Assembly (NCBI GenBank): GCA_020891255.1
Contig: BQFW01000002.1
Coordinates: forward strand, 3,906,001 to 3,970,000
Length of the DNA: 64,000 nucleotides
Reading direction: 5' to 3'
DNA from: Entomortierella parvispora E1425
Taxonomy: Eukaryota; Fungi; Mortierellomycota
The notes under the pieces were generated by a model, which saw nothing but the letters and a program-made list of their open reading frames with translations, was not told the DNA's origin and ran no database searches. This document shows, one piece after another, positions 14,801 to 28,349 of this stretch; position 1 is the first letter of the stretch, and every line of letters starts with the position of its first letter. A program made the translations under genes and the position numbers.

Positions 14801-14976
14801 TCGGGAATGGCACTGGGTGGGTTCAATGTCACATTGGACAGCTTCCTGTTGAGCTGTTCAATCAGATCTTCCTCCTCGTCATGGTCGTCCTGAGGGTGGT
14901 CCCGCTGGGCATTGGACCCTTTTTGCTTTTGCGAGACAGCGCGCGGCTTGGTGGCGGTCGGACGGAGAGAAAGCAT
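11820..14976 (-). CDS. Divergent importin-alpha (karyopherin alpha)-like ARM-repeat protein, about 9 exons
   Basis: Spliced exons give QQQLAMVRIRKYLS, YETAWVVTNIA/AGTTAQTE, TIWALGNISGDGPPYRDLIL, AVWCVSNLCRG, DTEILADTCWAM, PSLRSLINIASG, LGISNITAGTADQV and REAAWVVSNAT, followed by an acidic tail. GT-AG sites were found at the junctions I traced. Confidence 0.85.
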
Positions 14977-15504
14977 CTCGATTGCAATGCAATGTAGGTA
15001 GACTCGACACTGAGCAAGGCGGCAAGAGAGTGATTTCGAAAGATGCAGACCGACAGGGGTCAGACAGGATGCTAGCGTGTGAGCGACAGGGGGGGATGAA
15101 TTAATGGATGTCTGGCTGAGGTGGAGGGAGGAAGGACAGAGGGAGAGGAAGGAGGACAAAGCAGAGGAATGGAAAGAGACGAATGGGGCAGCGGAAAGCG
15201 AGGGAAAAAAAAGGGAAAAAAAGGAGCAAGAGAGTCGCAGAGACGAGTCACTCATTCACTCCTTCAGTCGCTCGTCGTGGGCTGGTTGGGGCTGGGTTGG
15301 CATGCTTTCTCTCTCTTGCTCGTTCATCGTTGCGGGTCAATAATATATTCTACAATGGTATGTATGTGCCTCCAAGAACAGGAAACCTGGTATCGTCTAT
15401 ACTTGCTCTCTCTCTTTCTCTTTCTCTCTCTCTGTCTGCCTGGATAAATGACATGCCAGCCATGGAAGGAGACTTGATAGCTCTGTCCTGTTCAGTTGAC
15501 ATCT

Positions 15505-15512
15505 TCTGTCTA

Positions 15513-15547
<35 letters not shown>

Positions 15548-15550
15548 GAC

Positions 15551-15600
<50 letters not shown>
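15505..15600. repeat. (TCTG)n tetranucleotide microsatellite
   Basis: About 24 near-perfect TCTG units. Confidence 0.95.
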
Positions 15601-15629
15601 ACCGACTGTTGCGCCATCTGTCTTTCAGA

Positions 15630-16521
15630 TTACACCCAGCGCTCGCCCGTCTCGATCGCAGACACAACCTTCTTCAGCACCGTCTCCACTCGGTCGTTCA
15701 GGAACACAGTGCCTACGATTCCGGCATTCTTCTTGGAGCCACCATTCTCGTCCTGGTCCGAACTGCCCTCCAACGCCGCCGCCACAGCTATCTCTCGCCG
15801 CATCTCGTCCTGGATGATCATCGGGATCGTCAACATTACTTTCGAGAGTTTGAGCGTCAAACGGAACCGACCCAGCACATCCAGATACGCGAGCGAGCGC
15901 ATGCCATGGTGAATTTCCGAGAGTTGCTGAACCTCATCATGGACCAATGCCATATATTTTTTGCATCCTAGTTGTCAAACACAAAAAAAAAACATGCTGG
16001 ATTAGACATATTCGATGTTGGTTGTCAAATAGAAAGAAAGACAGCCAGGTTCTCACCATGCAGGACAAAGCGAAGTCGAATAAACATCTCCTCAATGACC
16101 CCTATCACGTCGTCGCCAAGCCGTACTCCTCCGGTGGTGTTGTTCATCGTATCTGGAAAGTGGTAAGGGCAAAGAATGCTCGGGGATTAGCTAGAGCGTT
16201 CTTGGAGAGGACATCTTCGGAACCAAGGATCACACCGAAAAAGAAACCAAGGGGGGAGGGGAGCCAAGACTTACTGATCATGTTCCGGATGACTTCAAAG
16301 TCCCCATCCATAAATTCGAAAAAGACCTGGGAAAGTACGCTCTGCAGGGTCTCGTCACTGCCGATGCTGTTGCGAGAGGAACCCCCTGTGGAATCGTAGA
16401 CAAATCTGGAGGATGGTTTGGACAGAGTTTCATACGCCAGGGACAGTTCTATGCACCGAAGGATAGGGACGAAAAGGGGATGCAAGCGCAGGTCAGCCAC
16501 TTTGCAACACTGTCAAATACG

Positions 16522-16553
<32 letters not shown>

Positions 16554-17723
16554 AAGGACGCGTGTCGCCACGTGTAAAATGACTTTTTTTTGGGCTAGGT
16601 ATCCGACACAGACACGAACGGAGCTGTCCCGTGCAAATATCTTCACCGCCCTGGAGCTCATCACATCATCATAACTCACTCTGAAATGCCTCGGTAGCCC
16701 GTGGGTACTCTGGGAATTTGTCTGGATGGCACACCCTTGACTTTGCAATGTAAGCTCTGTGGTAGATAAGTAGTCATTGATATCAGAACAATGGATCATC
16801 TCGAACGTTAGATAAACAGGGCTCGAATTGACCAATAAACCTATTTTTACAGTGGTCCAGATGGCCCGTCTGCGTGTACACATTTGATGTGTGGTGGGTG
16901 CGCGCGCCTCTTTCTTTGATTGCAATTACCTTCGGATCTCTTCAGCCGTCGCCGTGCGACTGACTGCAAGAACACGATAAAGGTTCTCAGTTTCCAGAAT
17001 CTCGTCTACAATCTTGTAGCGCTCTTCGGCCGTCTTTGGTGGTGCTGTTTTCGGAGAGTCCGTCTCTCTTTTAGAGCCTTCTGCACCATGGCCCCGTTGA
17101 GCAGAGCCATGGGTGCCGCTGCTTTGCTGATAGCTATTTCGGTGATGGCTGTGGTGGGAGCTGGAATGGCTGTGCGAGTGAGAAGAGGAGGTTCTACTGT
17201 TCTCGGGAAAGGTTCTCTTGCGCGAAAAGTTGTGGGAGGAAGGCAAGGGTGGCTGGTTATCGAATGTGTCTGCAGAGCTCAGTTGCGGTGAGGAAGGCGG
17301 TGTTCTTGGGGTGGAGGGGACAGACGAGTCCCTCTTGCTACGGGAACGACGGTCCCCAGAAGCGGAGGAACTTCCAGGGTGACCCCCATTCTGACTGTAA
17401 TGATTTGGTGAATGGGGAGGGGTCATGGGCGAGGACGAAGAGGGACCATTAGGGTTGCTGCGACTAAAGTTGTAGTTGGTATTGCTGGGTCGTCGGCTGT
17501 GAGAGTGTCGCTTGCTATTGTTACTGCTGTTGGGGCCATGAGCAGTGCCGTTGCTCTGTACAGATCCACCATGTTGATGCCGGCTATGGTTGTGATGAGT
17601 GCCAGGGCCCGTGAGGGTTGTGCTTGTGGCAGGTTTGCTGGGTTGGCCTTTGCCTAGTGCGGCCGTGGTGCCAGACCAGACCGTTGAGGCGACGCCGTAT
17701 GCGAGGTTTGGTAGAAATGACAT
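15630..17723 (-). CDS. DnaJ (J-domain) protein with a long low-complexity N-terminus, multi-exon
   Basis: LYRVLAVSRTATAEEIRR / AYIAKSRVCHPDKFPEYPRATEAFQ / SLAYETLSKPSSRFVYD; HPD motif intact. Confidence 0.85.
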
Positions 17724-18296
17724 TGGCCAATGCGGAGTAGGAAGGTGTCAAGGGCGGGGTGTGTTTGAATGAAAGTGAAAAGGGGCGAGGTGGTGAATGG
17801 GTGCGGAGAGAGGGACCAGCCGGTGGAGGACTGGGCGAAGGGGAGGAGGGGGAGGGGGAAGGGGAAGGAGGAGACAAGGATGGATTCAAAGTCCAGGATG
17901 CGAATGCGACATGCAAAAGATGGAATGGGATGGGATGAAGAGCAGAGCAGAGCAGTGCGATGAGATGGATTCCCTTGTCCAGTTGTGGTGTGTCTCTCCC
18001 TCCCCCTTCTCAGCCTGCTTCCTTGCTTGCTTGCGCTTGTGCTTGCTTGGGCGTGTTTGCGCGGATGTCGCCGATTGTGTCTATCTCGCTTCTTTCGCCT
18101 CTCTCGCTGTCCTTTGACCCAAAGAAACAAAAAAAATCGTTTTGCACGTGCTATTTGCATGGTGCAAGCCAGTGCTCGATTTGGGGGAGACTCTTTGGCG
18201 CTTTCATCTATTTCGTGCGTGCACGCTGACTTTCAGGTGGCAACGCTGACTATACACAACGCTACACTCTACAACTGTACAGCTCTACAGGGGACA

Positions 18297-20833
18297 TCAC
18301 CGCATGTACTTGCCAGCCATTTTGGCCACCTGAAGATGGTCACTCTCGTCCACCTCCACCACCGTTCGACTGAAACCAAGGGGTCGGATAGCAAGCTTAT
18401 CGTTATATGCCAGCTTCTCAAAGATGTTGCCAAACGTGCTATTCCAAAACGCAGTGACCAATTGGTTAATCCCAAAAAAAAAAAAAAAAAAAAAAACGAG
18501 AAAGGAAGCGGTCGTCGCACATGCTCGCCCCAGACGCGTCTATGCTTACTTACTTTGGTTTCACCTCGCCCAGCACTGGCGATCCAATGACGCCCGTGGC
18601 GATATATGTCCTCGTATCCTCCTTGAACACCATCACAATGAGAGGCATTTGTCGGTAGTTGGCCTTAGCACTGCCATATTCCTGCACACGTTTCAGAAAC
18701 CCAAGGTTAGTTATTGCTGCTGACACCACGCAAATGTGTCAGCATTCTACATATTGTTGTATCGAACGTACCCTAATGGCGTATACAAGGAACTGTGCCA
18801 ACTTGTCGAGTGCCAGAGGATTCCAAAAAACTGGCAAATCTGGTCCGTTCTCGAGAATAGCGAAACGATGTCTGGACAACGACGTGATCAGTTGTTTCTC
18901 GATCACAGCAATTGCCTGTCGAACCACCGCCTTTTGGATCTTCATGCCGATCTCTAGTCCACGTCGAAGATGGCTCCCGCATTCAATCCCTCCTGAAGCA
19001 TCCAAAGAGTCGCAGGCGTTGTAAAAATTGGCGTGCCACCAAGAGGACGACTGTCCTGAATCATTGCTATTCGAATCATCCGTGGTGTTGCTCCCGCTGT
19101 CCCTCTTTTGATCTGCAATCCACTCTTGCCTATAGCCCAAAGCCACAGCTGCATCTGGGGTCAACTCCATCAAACTACTGACAGCATAGGCAACATCGCT
19201 TGCACTCATCGGGCCCTGATATCCAGACGCACGAGTAAAAGATTCGTAGAGGATTTCGTGGAGTCCATATTCAGGTGCGACCAGTTGAATCCGATCTTTG
19301 AGAATTTTCTTGAGATCGATGCTCATATGTGCGAATCCCTGTTGACATTCTTCCAACGAGAACCTACAGAGATGGCAATATCGCCGCTGAGTATCCTGAA
19401 GGTGACACACATATTAATTCCGTATAGTAATCAGCGCTGGTCGTTCCGGACACTTACCCCATCTTGGCAAGCAAGGCCATCAAGCGCTTTCGACCTGGGT
19501 CCCTCCAAATACCGAGCCTGGATGCAACATAGTTGGAGTGATACATACTGTCGTAGAGTGACCAGTGTCGAACCATCATGAATCGAAACTCGTCTGAACT
19601 ACGAATTGTCCCATCCTCTGGAGTAACCAATTCTCCGAGAACGATTGCATCTACTCCGTTGCCCCTTGTTGCGCTAGAAGTTGCATCCGGTCCTTTTGGC
19701 GTAAGTCTTTCTGATTCATCCCGAAGTCCTCGAACGGCGCGACTGTAGTCTCTGTGGCTTATCTGCTCACAAAGGTACTGAGATGTCATCCCGACTATTG
19801 CTAGCCACAGTATATCCAGCGTCGTGCGATCCAATTGCAAAGCCATCGCGTAACATTGATTTGCAACCGAGGCGCCATAGATGAGTCCTCTAGACATGTA
19901 GTCGACCAGAATAGATTTTGACTCCTTCCATTTTTTTTTCATGTTGCCCACCGAAACCTCGGTGTCCAGTCCTGTACGCCTCCTTTGACGCCTGGAGTTA
20001 CTGTCATCGTCGTCGCTGTCTTCCGAGTCTTCTCTGCCCGAACGTTCGTCGTCTTCATCTTCGTCATCGTCATCGTCGTCTGCAGAGATGTATTCGTTTT
20101 CCTAGATTCCAGTAATCAACAGTGTTAGTTCTGGGGGGGGGGGGGATCGTCATATTATATTCACTTGAACATTCCGGTGCCCTTACCTCGGTGAATAAAA
20201 TAGCCTCTTTCTCGGCGACGAGTTCTTTGTCAAGGTCTGTTTCGTGAAATACAATGATTTCGTTGTTCCAGAATGCGTTCCTGAGATTTACTGGTCGGTG
20301 ACTATCCAGAATATAGATGGTAACTTCCTCTGACAGGTCGATGTAGTCCTCAAGATTGAAGATTCCTCCACAGTTCAGCATCACAACAGATCGGATCTAA
20401 ATGATGCGGAGATTTTTGTCCGATACAAAGCAATGAGTCGGCTAGACATACATCCACCACATTATTGGAGCAACCATGCTCATCTACACTTACAGACTGG
20501 CTCATGTTCTTGACTCCAGTTTTGACGTCTTCCATTCCTGTCACAGGTACAACCACATAGCTGATACTGTCTGATTTAAGTAGCGTCTGGATCGTCCGAA
20601 AGAAAATAATCAAGGTCAACATCAGCGCTTGCTTCTGGTTTTCCATCTGTAGACAGACTGAACCACGTTTGCTTCCTGGGACTTACGGTCCATATCCGGA
20701 AGGCACAAATGGCATCCACGTCTGCTGCTACCAAGAACAAAACTGTGCTCGAACCTCCGCCGCCTCCCTCGAATGCTGCATTCTTGATGCGCTTGTATGC
20801 GAGCGAGTAGTTGGCGAGCTTGACATGTCCCAT
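18297..20833 (-). CDS. CDC45: DNA replication initiation factor Cdc45, multi-exon
   Basis: LFLVAADVDAICA, MLNCGG, YILDSHRPVNL, acidic insert, LWLAIVGMT, FRFMMVRHWSLYDSMYHSNYVASRLGIW, SASDVAYAVSSLME. The last exon ends AGKYMR-TGA at 18297. Confidence 0.95.
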
Positions 20834-20989
20834 TCAGAATCCGGATTCCAGGTGCTGGGGCCAGGGGGCAAAGATGTGGTGAGGTGAGGGAGGATGGCAA
20901 CCGAGTGAATGAAAGAAGAGAGCAAGACGCCGCATCAAACGCGAAACCAACATCACAATACAATGCAAGTGTTTCTTAAGGGCCGCTGT

Positions 20990-23900
20990 TTATTTTGGTG
21001 GCGGCTGGGGTCCACAGTGCAGGTGCACCGTCTGCAACTCTGGTGTCCTCATGAAGACAGAGTCCGCTACGGCCTCCCCACAAACATGACATACATCGTT
21101 CGCAGTGATAACGACTGGTCCCTGAGATTCGTACAACTTGTAGAGCTCGTCGCTTATCCGCAAGTTTTCGCTGAGGCAGAGACTCTTGACCACCTGGAGC
21201 TCTTTTCGTTGATGATAACTCCTTCGCAGCGACCGCAGCAGGTATTCCTGAAGCATCTCCACGGACCAATACGGTGGAAGCAAATGAATGACCTAGCAAG
21301 GAGCGAGTAGGAAAAGCAGGCGAGTGTGAGTGGGTGCTTTGTACCAGACCACAGCCACAGAGTCTCTCCCAGTGAATTTACCTCAGAGATGTGCAAAAAT
21401 GTCGAGTGGGAGCTGAGCAGACCAAGGGTAAGCTTCATTCCTCCCTGGTCCTGTTCCATATTCAGGTACTCTTTCAGTAGAGCCATAAACATCGCCCTCC
21501 GAACTTCCTCCTCAGCGAGCGCACTCTTCTTTGATTCCGCCCCTGTTGACTTTTGGGGCTTTTTTGCGGCCTGAAACGATCCTGAGTGTAGGCAGAAGCT
21601 TTCTACTCCTTGGTAGTCCTTGACTTCAGCCACTAAGACGGCAATCGACAATTCAAATTGGGACATCTAGGAGAAGAGCAGGGTCTACATATTAGAGCCA
21701 CAGCTTCAAAAAATATGAAGCCAGGAGATGATATATTTACCCGCGCCAAGACAATCGCCCTCTCCGATTGTAACAGATCGGTCCCTTCAATCTTCGCGAG
21801 GACGGCCTCAGGGTCGTATAAAGCTGAACTCTGGAGTAAACTGCAGAGCTTTACTCGAACTTGGGCGATCAAATCAGTGTTCATCAACGTCGCTAGGTAC
21901 GACAAGAACGTGGTCGAAGTCGACTCCTGCGTATTCTTGTTTCTGGAGGTCAACGCAGAGGCCAACAGTTTATCCTCCTGCTGCGATTTAAAGCGCTCGA
22001 CTGTTGATCGAGAAAGTGGCAGTCAGCTAAAATGAAAAAAAAAGTTCGAATATTCAAACAGAGACAGCAATTTGCAACATACCATTATCTACATGTTTTG
22101 ATCTGGTTTCAAGCTCTGCATTGAGGCGCGTAATGCTGTCGACATACATCAAACAAAGTGCGGTGTGGTGATCGGAGGACTTTGTAGTGGAAACGATGTT
22201 AGGATGGAGCTGAATAAAACACTGACTTCATAATTCTGAACCTTGGTATTACCTCGCTCTTTCTCTGACTGACAATGTATTCGAGATATGTCATGGCTCC
22301 CTTGGGACTGAGACTAGATCGACACTTATCGAATATCCTGTTTGTATCAAACATTGCTGCCCTTTTGGAATCCCCAGGCATGAAGACCTAGAAGTCGGAG
22401 CGTTGGTTGAGGTGCTTACTCCAGATACAGCATCTGAACACTGGTTTCAGCGGATGAAATCGTTTTCATACCTTCAGTCCGATATCCTCATCTTGTTCAA
22501 CAATCCACCAGCCGTAGTCTTCAACTAAATCCATGTCATGCAATGACATCAACACCGATGCCATCTCTTCAAGGCTGACCTTGGAGCTGGGATCCTTTAG
22601 TGTGTTTTGGAGCAATCTGTTTCGACGGTCATTATTGTAGGTTAGCTGTGTATCTGAGATCTACTTGTGGCAAAAAGGCGGAAGCCGAGAAAAGGACAGG
22701 TTCTTACTTTTTCCATATTGACAGCACATCGCTGTGTTTCTTGTGCATCCTGTACCACACTGACAAGACATAGTGCTGCTTTGATTCCTTCAGCTTCTGT
22801 TCGCAAATGTCCTCCTGGCAAGCGTTCTTGGACTCAATCAGCTGTAAAAGGTTTTCCGTGTCCTCGTTATCCACCCAGATACCCAAAAGTGCGGTATCAG
22901 TAGCCTACAATTAAAATGGCAGGTAAGTAATCATAGTACACACAGAGACCCAGAGACTTCGAAAAAAAAATCGCCCTCTGTCGCCTACCTGCGATGCTGG
23001 CCCTGCCACCTTCTTTGGTATATTGTCCTTGTGGAATTTCAAGAGGAATGTCAGGAATACGTCTGTCGCATTCTTTAGCAGCATGTCCCGGAACTCGTCG
23101 CTCTCATCGCTTCCTGACTTGGAAAGACTTTTTGTGACTAAAGGAAGAGTCAGGATAAAATCAAAATCATGTTTTTGCAAGGGATGTAGAACAAACAATG
23201 GCCACGAGGTGGTCTTACTGATGTCAGGTACGGTTCCCAATTGCTCCAACTGCTCCTTCACGCCGCGGAACAGGCTCACGGATTGCATGATGTTGCCTTG
23301 TTGAAGAACATTCGGAAACATGGAGATCAAAACTCGAGGATCGATCCTGCCTTTTTGTAAAAGACCGAACGCGTCGTCAAAGAGTGTTTCGCCAAGGTAT
23401 ATAAGTCCTGATTTTTGATAAATGTAATCCAGTTCAAACTGCAATCGCTCTCGATGAAGGTTCTCAGAAGAAAGCGTTGCCATCGTCCTTTCCGAGAGGA
23501 GCAATGCCTCTTCCACGCGTCCTTTTTGTAGAAGTCCGTCGGCCTACATGATATAAGACTGTGTGAGTATATCGATCCATAGAGCATGCAGCCTGAGCAC
23601 CCTCAGTTGTGAGAATGTGAGAATACTAACATGCAACACCAGAGGTGTCGTGATCAAAGCCGAAACCGAATCCTTTCCAGCAACAAGAATTCGAGCGGGA
23701 ACGATGGAAATTCTGTGAATATCCTTCGCCATTTTTTCAATCTCTGGCGAAGATGATCCTCCAGCAGAAGCGGTCTGCAGCGAGAGGACGTGGGCAAGCG
23801 CAGACATCCATACAGCCAGACCTGGACCTTGAGCGATGTTTCGGATTTCCAGTACCGGATCAAATCTCACGGTTTGTATCAGCTTTTGGTCCAAAATGTT

Positions 23901-25172
23901 GTGTATCTCGATGATGTTGTTCCGTAATAGAGCAGCAACGTAAGGAAACTCAATGCCGAGTGAGCGAGGGTAGCTCGACCATTGCAATGTTCCTCTCACT
24001 GGTTCGCCGGATCCCGAGCAAAAAATTCCCATGGCTGTCTGTCCAGAACTAGCAGCAGTTGCAAGTAAAAACTCGTTCTCGCCAATTGCAATGCATGCAG
24101 GCTTCAGCACCTGGGTATTGGATCCAGTTGAAGCACTTTGGACAACAGGAAGGATGGGCATCATCCGTCCTACACGTAAATCGATCAGCTTGAAGTCGTT
24201 TGCATCAGCCACGCACACAATATGCTTCCATCTCGTCGCTACCAAAGCTCCATTTGCGAGGTTGAGTTCCTATTCCCGGTTGAAAGTTAGCAACAAGGCG
24301 GGCAATGCATAGCTTCGTGTCTACAGGTCTGTGGCATGGACGTTACCTGCGGGTCTGATATGGCGTCGGGCCAGATGCTGTAGTGTTGAATAATCCTTCG
24401 TTTTACGACACACACCCGAATGCTTCCATCCTCTGCAGGGCGTCCTCTTTGTGAACCATCCTCGCAAAACGCTGTAACTCCTCTGATGGGTGGGAACGCC
24501 TGCTGTGAACATGGTGTGAATGATGGGAGATTGAAGAATGACAAGGTGGAATCTATGATACGAAGGTGGTTAATGCACGATTTCGAAGAGCGCCTATACA
24601 TGAGAATCCGATGACACTGACCACAGAGGACGATCGCAATCCGTATGCTTGGTAGAACCATGATCCTCTCTACCAGCTTCTTGCCGAATCCAAGAGGCGT
24701 TCTTCGGAGGAGTCGAGATCGTGGGAGATTCTAAGAGTTTGGGTCGGCAGCCAAGATGACAACACCGTGTCAGTTCATGTACTCGCAAAAGGCCGAGTGC
24801 AATTAAAGTCAACCACGTACCGACTCGGAAGATATCTGTTCCTCGATTACATAGTGCAGCAAAATGCCAAAGGATGTGCCAAGATAAAGATTGCTTTCTA
24901 GTGGAGTAGCGGTCATTTGTGAGTGATGGTCAGCTTCTGCTCCAAATGCCCTCGGACTAAAAAACAATGCTGTAGCATCAAACCAGAATATTACCAAAGC
25001 TGTCCAGTGCCTCGATGATGGGCTTTCCACCTCTGTTGAAGATGCTTGTCGACTTTGGTGCGGGGCTGCTGGCTCCCCCTTGGGAAGCTCTTGAAGAGGA
25101 TGCCTCGCCTGAAGAACTGTCATCCAAGTTCAGGCCACTCAGGAGAGGTTGGACTGAGAATGTCGTGAACAT
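20990..25172 (-). CDS. Vps3/TGFBRAP1 / Vam6-Vps39-family HOPS/CORVET subunit (CNH domain, helical repeats, C-terminal RING-like), multi-exon
   Basis: CNH-like YLGTSFGILLHY, GEPVRGTLQWSSYPRSLGIEFPYVAALL, IDPRVLISMFP, and C-terminal CHVCGEAVADSVFMRTPELQTVHLHC. Confidence 0.85.
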
Positions 25173-25392
25173 TGCGACGTCTGAGCCTTGGTGGTTGGAG
25201 TCCTGCCAATGATGAAGATGGCGTGTTGAGGCAGAGATGTGCCTTGAGTCGCCTGGGTTGCATGCATGCAATGACCGTGTCGAAGCGGGTCGACAAAAAT
25301 TCTCCGCCCCTTAACTGACAACGCCCTCTGCAGCAGTATAATTCGGAGGCGCCTCATGAATTTAGAAGGCCTCTCAATTCGACTTTGAAAAG

Positions 25393-26205
25393 ATGGTACT
25401 GACTGCTTTCTGGGAACCAGGCTGTGCATCCATGATCATCCATCGTCAACCATCAACGGAGGATCCATCCATCGCCACCCTCGATACCATCCCCACCCAA
25501 AGCTCATGTCGCTTCGATACCACTGGAACTCTGGATCACCGCCACAGACTTTTGGAGTTCTTGCTACGTCCTTCGCTGCATGGATGAGATGATTGATGTC
25601 TGATGACAGAACTGGAAGCTGGGCGATTGCCGCGAAAGGATGACACCAATGCAACCAAACCACTGCCACTTTGCGTGCAGGAGATCCCGTCTCCTGTTCA
25701 TATGAACTTGACCAGGAATCTACATGGACCCAATAGCTGTTTACCCAGAGGAGTTCATGCAGGAACGGTCAAGTAGACTGTCGGCTCATTCAGTGTGCCC
25801 GCTATCTGCGATGTTGAACGAGTGCAAAGGCGAGATCCTTGCAGGATACATGATTCATACGACCACTGGACACGGACAATCAGAAACTGAGTAGAGATTT
25901 ACAGTCAGCCCCAACATCAAAAAAACTCACAAAAAAATCACTTCGACATCTTAGCCTTCCAACAAGTCGTTCCTCATCAAGCGCAAGCTCGGAAAGAAGC
26001 AGAAGCAGAACCGCCCTCTGCCCAACTGGTGCCGCATGCGTACCGACAACAAGGTATTGTCTTGTAGTTTCCAGCCATGATGATGAAGTCACTCGGTGCA
26101 AGGATATGAAGTTCTTGATATTTACCATATTTCTACTTTTTTTTTGATCAGATCCGCTACAACGCCAAGCGCCGCCACTGGCGCCGCACCAAGCTGGGTC
26201 TTTAA
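25393..26205 (+). CDS. RPL39: 60S ribosomal protein eL39, 3 exons (the first coding exon is ATG only)
   Basis: ATG|GT at 25393-25397; exon 2 from 25955 gives [33 protein letters not shown]; exon 3 gives [17 protein letters not shown]. The position of the ATG exon is inferred: it is the only ATG-GT I found upstream. Confidence 0.93.
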
Positions 26206-26390
26206 ACTACTCGCCCTCGAGTTTTTCAACTGGATTTATCGTTTGTCTTGTTGCCCATTAAAGATCTCGCTCTTGCGTTTGAACTAAATATTCATATCAA
26301 CACCAGGAAAACGGGATTTTGTTCGGATATGATCATATTTATTTGAGGGAGATTTCGCCAAGGACGTGAAGCTACATCAGAGTATTAGAA

Positions 26391-26444
26391 GAAACATGGG
26401 AAACATGGGAAACATGGGAAACATGGGAAACATGGGAAACATGG
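26391..26444. repeat. 9-bp tandem repeat (GAAACATGG)x6
   Basis: Six perfect copies, intergenic. Confidence 0.95.
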
Positions 26445-26892
26445 AGGGGATATGATTGGGGACTCAGAACACGGAGGGCACTGGTAATCTGATTTTCTCA
26501 GGAACCGCGTAGACCCAACGATACATAGGGCATGGACAGTTTTCAACCCTTCGCGCGTCAAGTACACTTCACTCTGGAAACAATACCCCAGGCCTTGCTT
26601 TCCTGAATTGTTTCTTTGGATCGGTGCACTGAGCGCTATGAAGGGGATACTGTGCCCTGCCTATGAACTCATCATTGTCAAAAGTACTCGCTTCTACTCC
26701 CGATCGCAATAGTTGTAGTCATATGCGTTTTGCATAGTATTTGGCTATTTTTCGTCACTCTGCCAAGATGGCCGTCGGGTGCAATGGGAGGAATGAAGAT
26801 GAACTTCGATTGAATCTCATCACTATTTATCGACCAAAATTTTGGCGGTCACATTCGCAGCGCACAGATGCCATTCTTTCGATCGTACCATC

Positions 26893-27580
26893 ATGTCGCC
26901 CAGCACTCACGTCCAAGTGGAGACGACTTATCTACTTGCAACGGACTTTTCAGGAAGACCGCCGCCCCCCAAAGGCGGATACAGCTGGGAGCAAGTCAAA
27001 GATGCAGTTGGTAAGAGCACCCTGCCTCCAAGATGTTGACGTAGACCATTCATTGACACCGCACCGTGCCCTGGTAGATTCCAACTCTTTGCACGCTTTA
27101 AGACGGACAGACAAAGGACAGTTCGAGTATGAGCAATGGCAAGCTGGGATTGACCGTGCAAAGTACAAGAATGCTGGAGAATACATCGCCTTTCAGATCC
27201 TACAGTGGCCCAGCCTGACAGATCCATCCGAGGAAGCGACTGCAGGCACAGAAGGTACTCTGTCGGAGCGACGCAGGGCCATTGAACCTCGACTTACTCT
27301 CCGTCTCAACCACTTTCCGTTCCCCGTGGAAGAATCGATCCAATACTTTGTGTTATGGTCTACAAGGGACATGAGCGTGCCTGAGGAACGCGATCGCCTT
27401 GACCGGTACCTAGACGCCAAGCTCACATGGCAAGGTAGCGACTCAAAATTGCAATCACCTGAACTCATTGCGCCTGGACTGGGGAAACATAAAGAATGGT
27501 TTTATTTCGTCAACCCACCCGAGCTGAGGAGTATTGCCACCGTGCATCATATTCATGTATTTGTTAGAGATGTCAAATAA
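26893..27580 (+). CDS. DUF3605 / GIG1 / Htc1-like HIT-related protein, 2 exons
   Basis: YSWEQVKDAV|DSNSLHALRR, LNHFPFPVEESIQYFVLWS, WFYFVNPPELRSIATVHHIHVFVR. Intron 27011-27077. Confidence 0.8.
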
Positions 27581-28349
27581 ATTAGATTCTATTCGATCTC
27601 AAGATTTTTAGCCCGTAGTTCTCCAACATGTCCTTCCATTCAACATGCTGTGTCCAGCAATCGATAACAATGGGCTGGGCGGTCGATGGATGCAAATTAG
27701 TATTTGTAGCCCTCACAACAGTTCAGCTTTGAAGGTCTGGTATAACAACGATCTATTCATATCTCGGCCTCGACCAGGATCTCGCTCAACTGCTAATGAT
27801 AGAGATCCTGTAGAAGCATGCTCCACACCATACTTTGCAGCAATACAATGCTGCGGCTGGTAGCAGGACCTAGATCGTTTGGTGTCATACATGTCCAGAT
27901 ACTATACTCATTGACGAAAGTTTCTGAACAACATGACTAATGGTAGGTAGAAAGAAGATATCAATTGCCTTGCGCATCCAGTCTCGACCGATGACAGGGC
28001 GACTGGTGTTCCCTGGACCCAAGTCTAGGCACCAGCACAAATGAAGGGAGCTGGTCCGTGCTTGCCAGTTTGCGGAGCTGCCAGAAATGAGAGGGCCTCT
28101 CTTGATTGAAAAGGGCGTGATTGAATGACAGTCACCGGCAATTCAAGCCACCCGAAAAGATAAACAGAAACTCTTCTCAAAAAAAAAAAAAAAAAAAATA
28201 GCCATCAAGCAAATCATTTAGACAGTCTGAGCATTGCATCTTCACCTATCCTCCACCCTCTCTCTCTCTCTACATCCATCTCGCGCATCTGCATCCGACA
28301 GACTCGCCAATTCCCCTTTCTTACATTCATCCCAAATAACATCCTCATT

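Noticed and set aside
25560-25650. Hammerhead-like CTGATGA...GAAA in the RPL39 intron
   Set aside because: The stem II closing pair is C-C and stem I cannot form.
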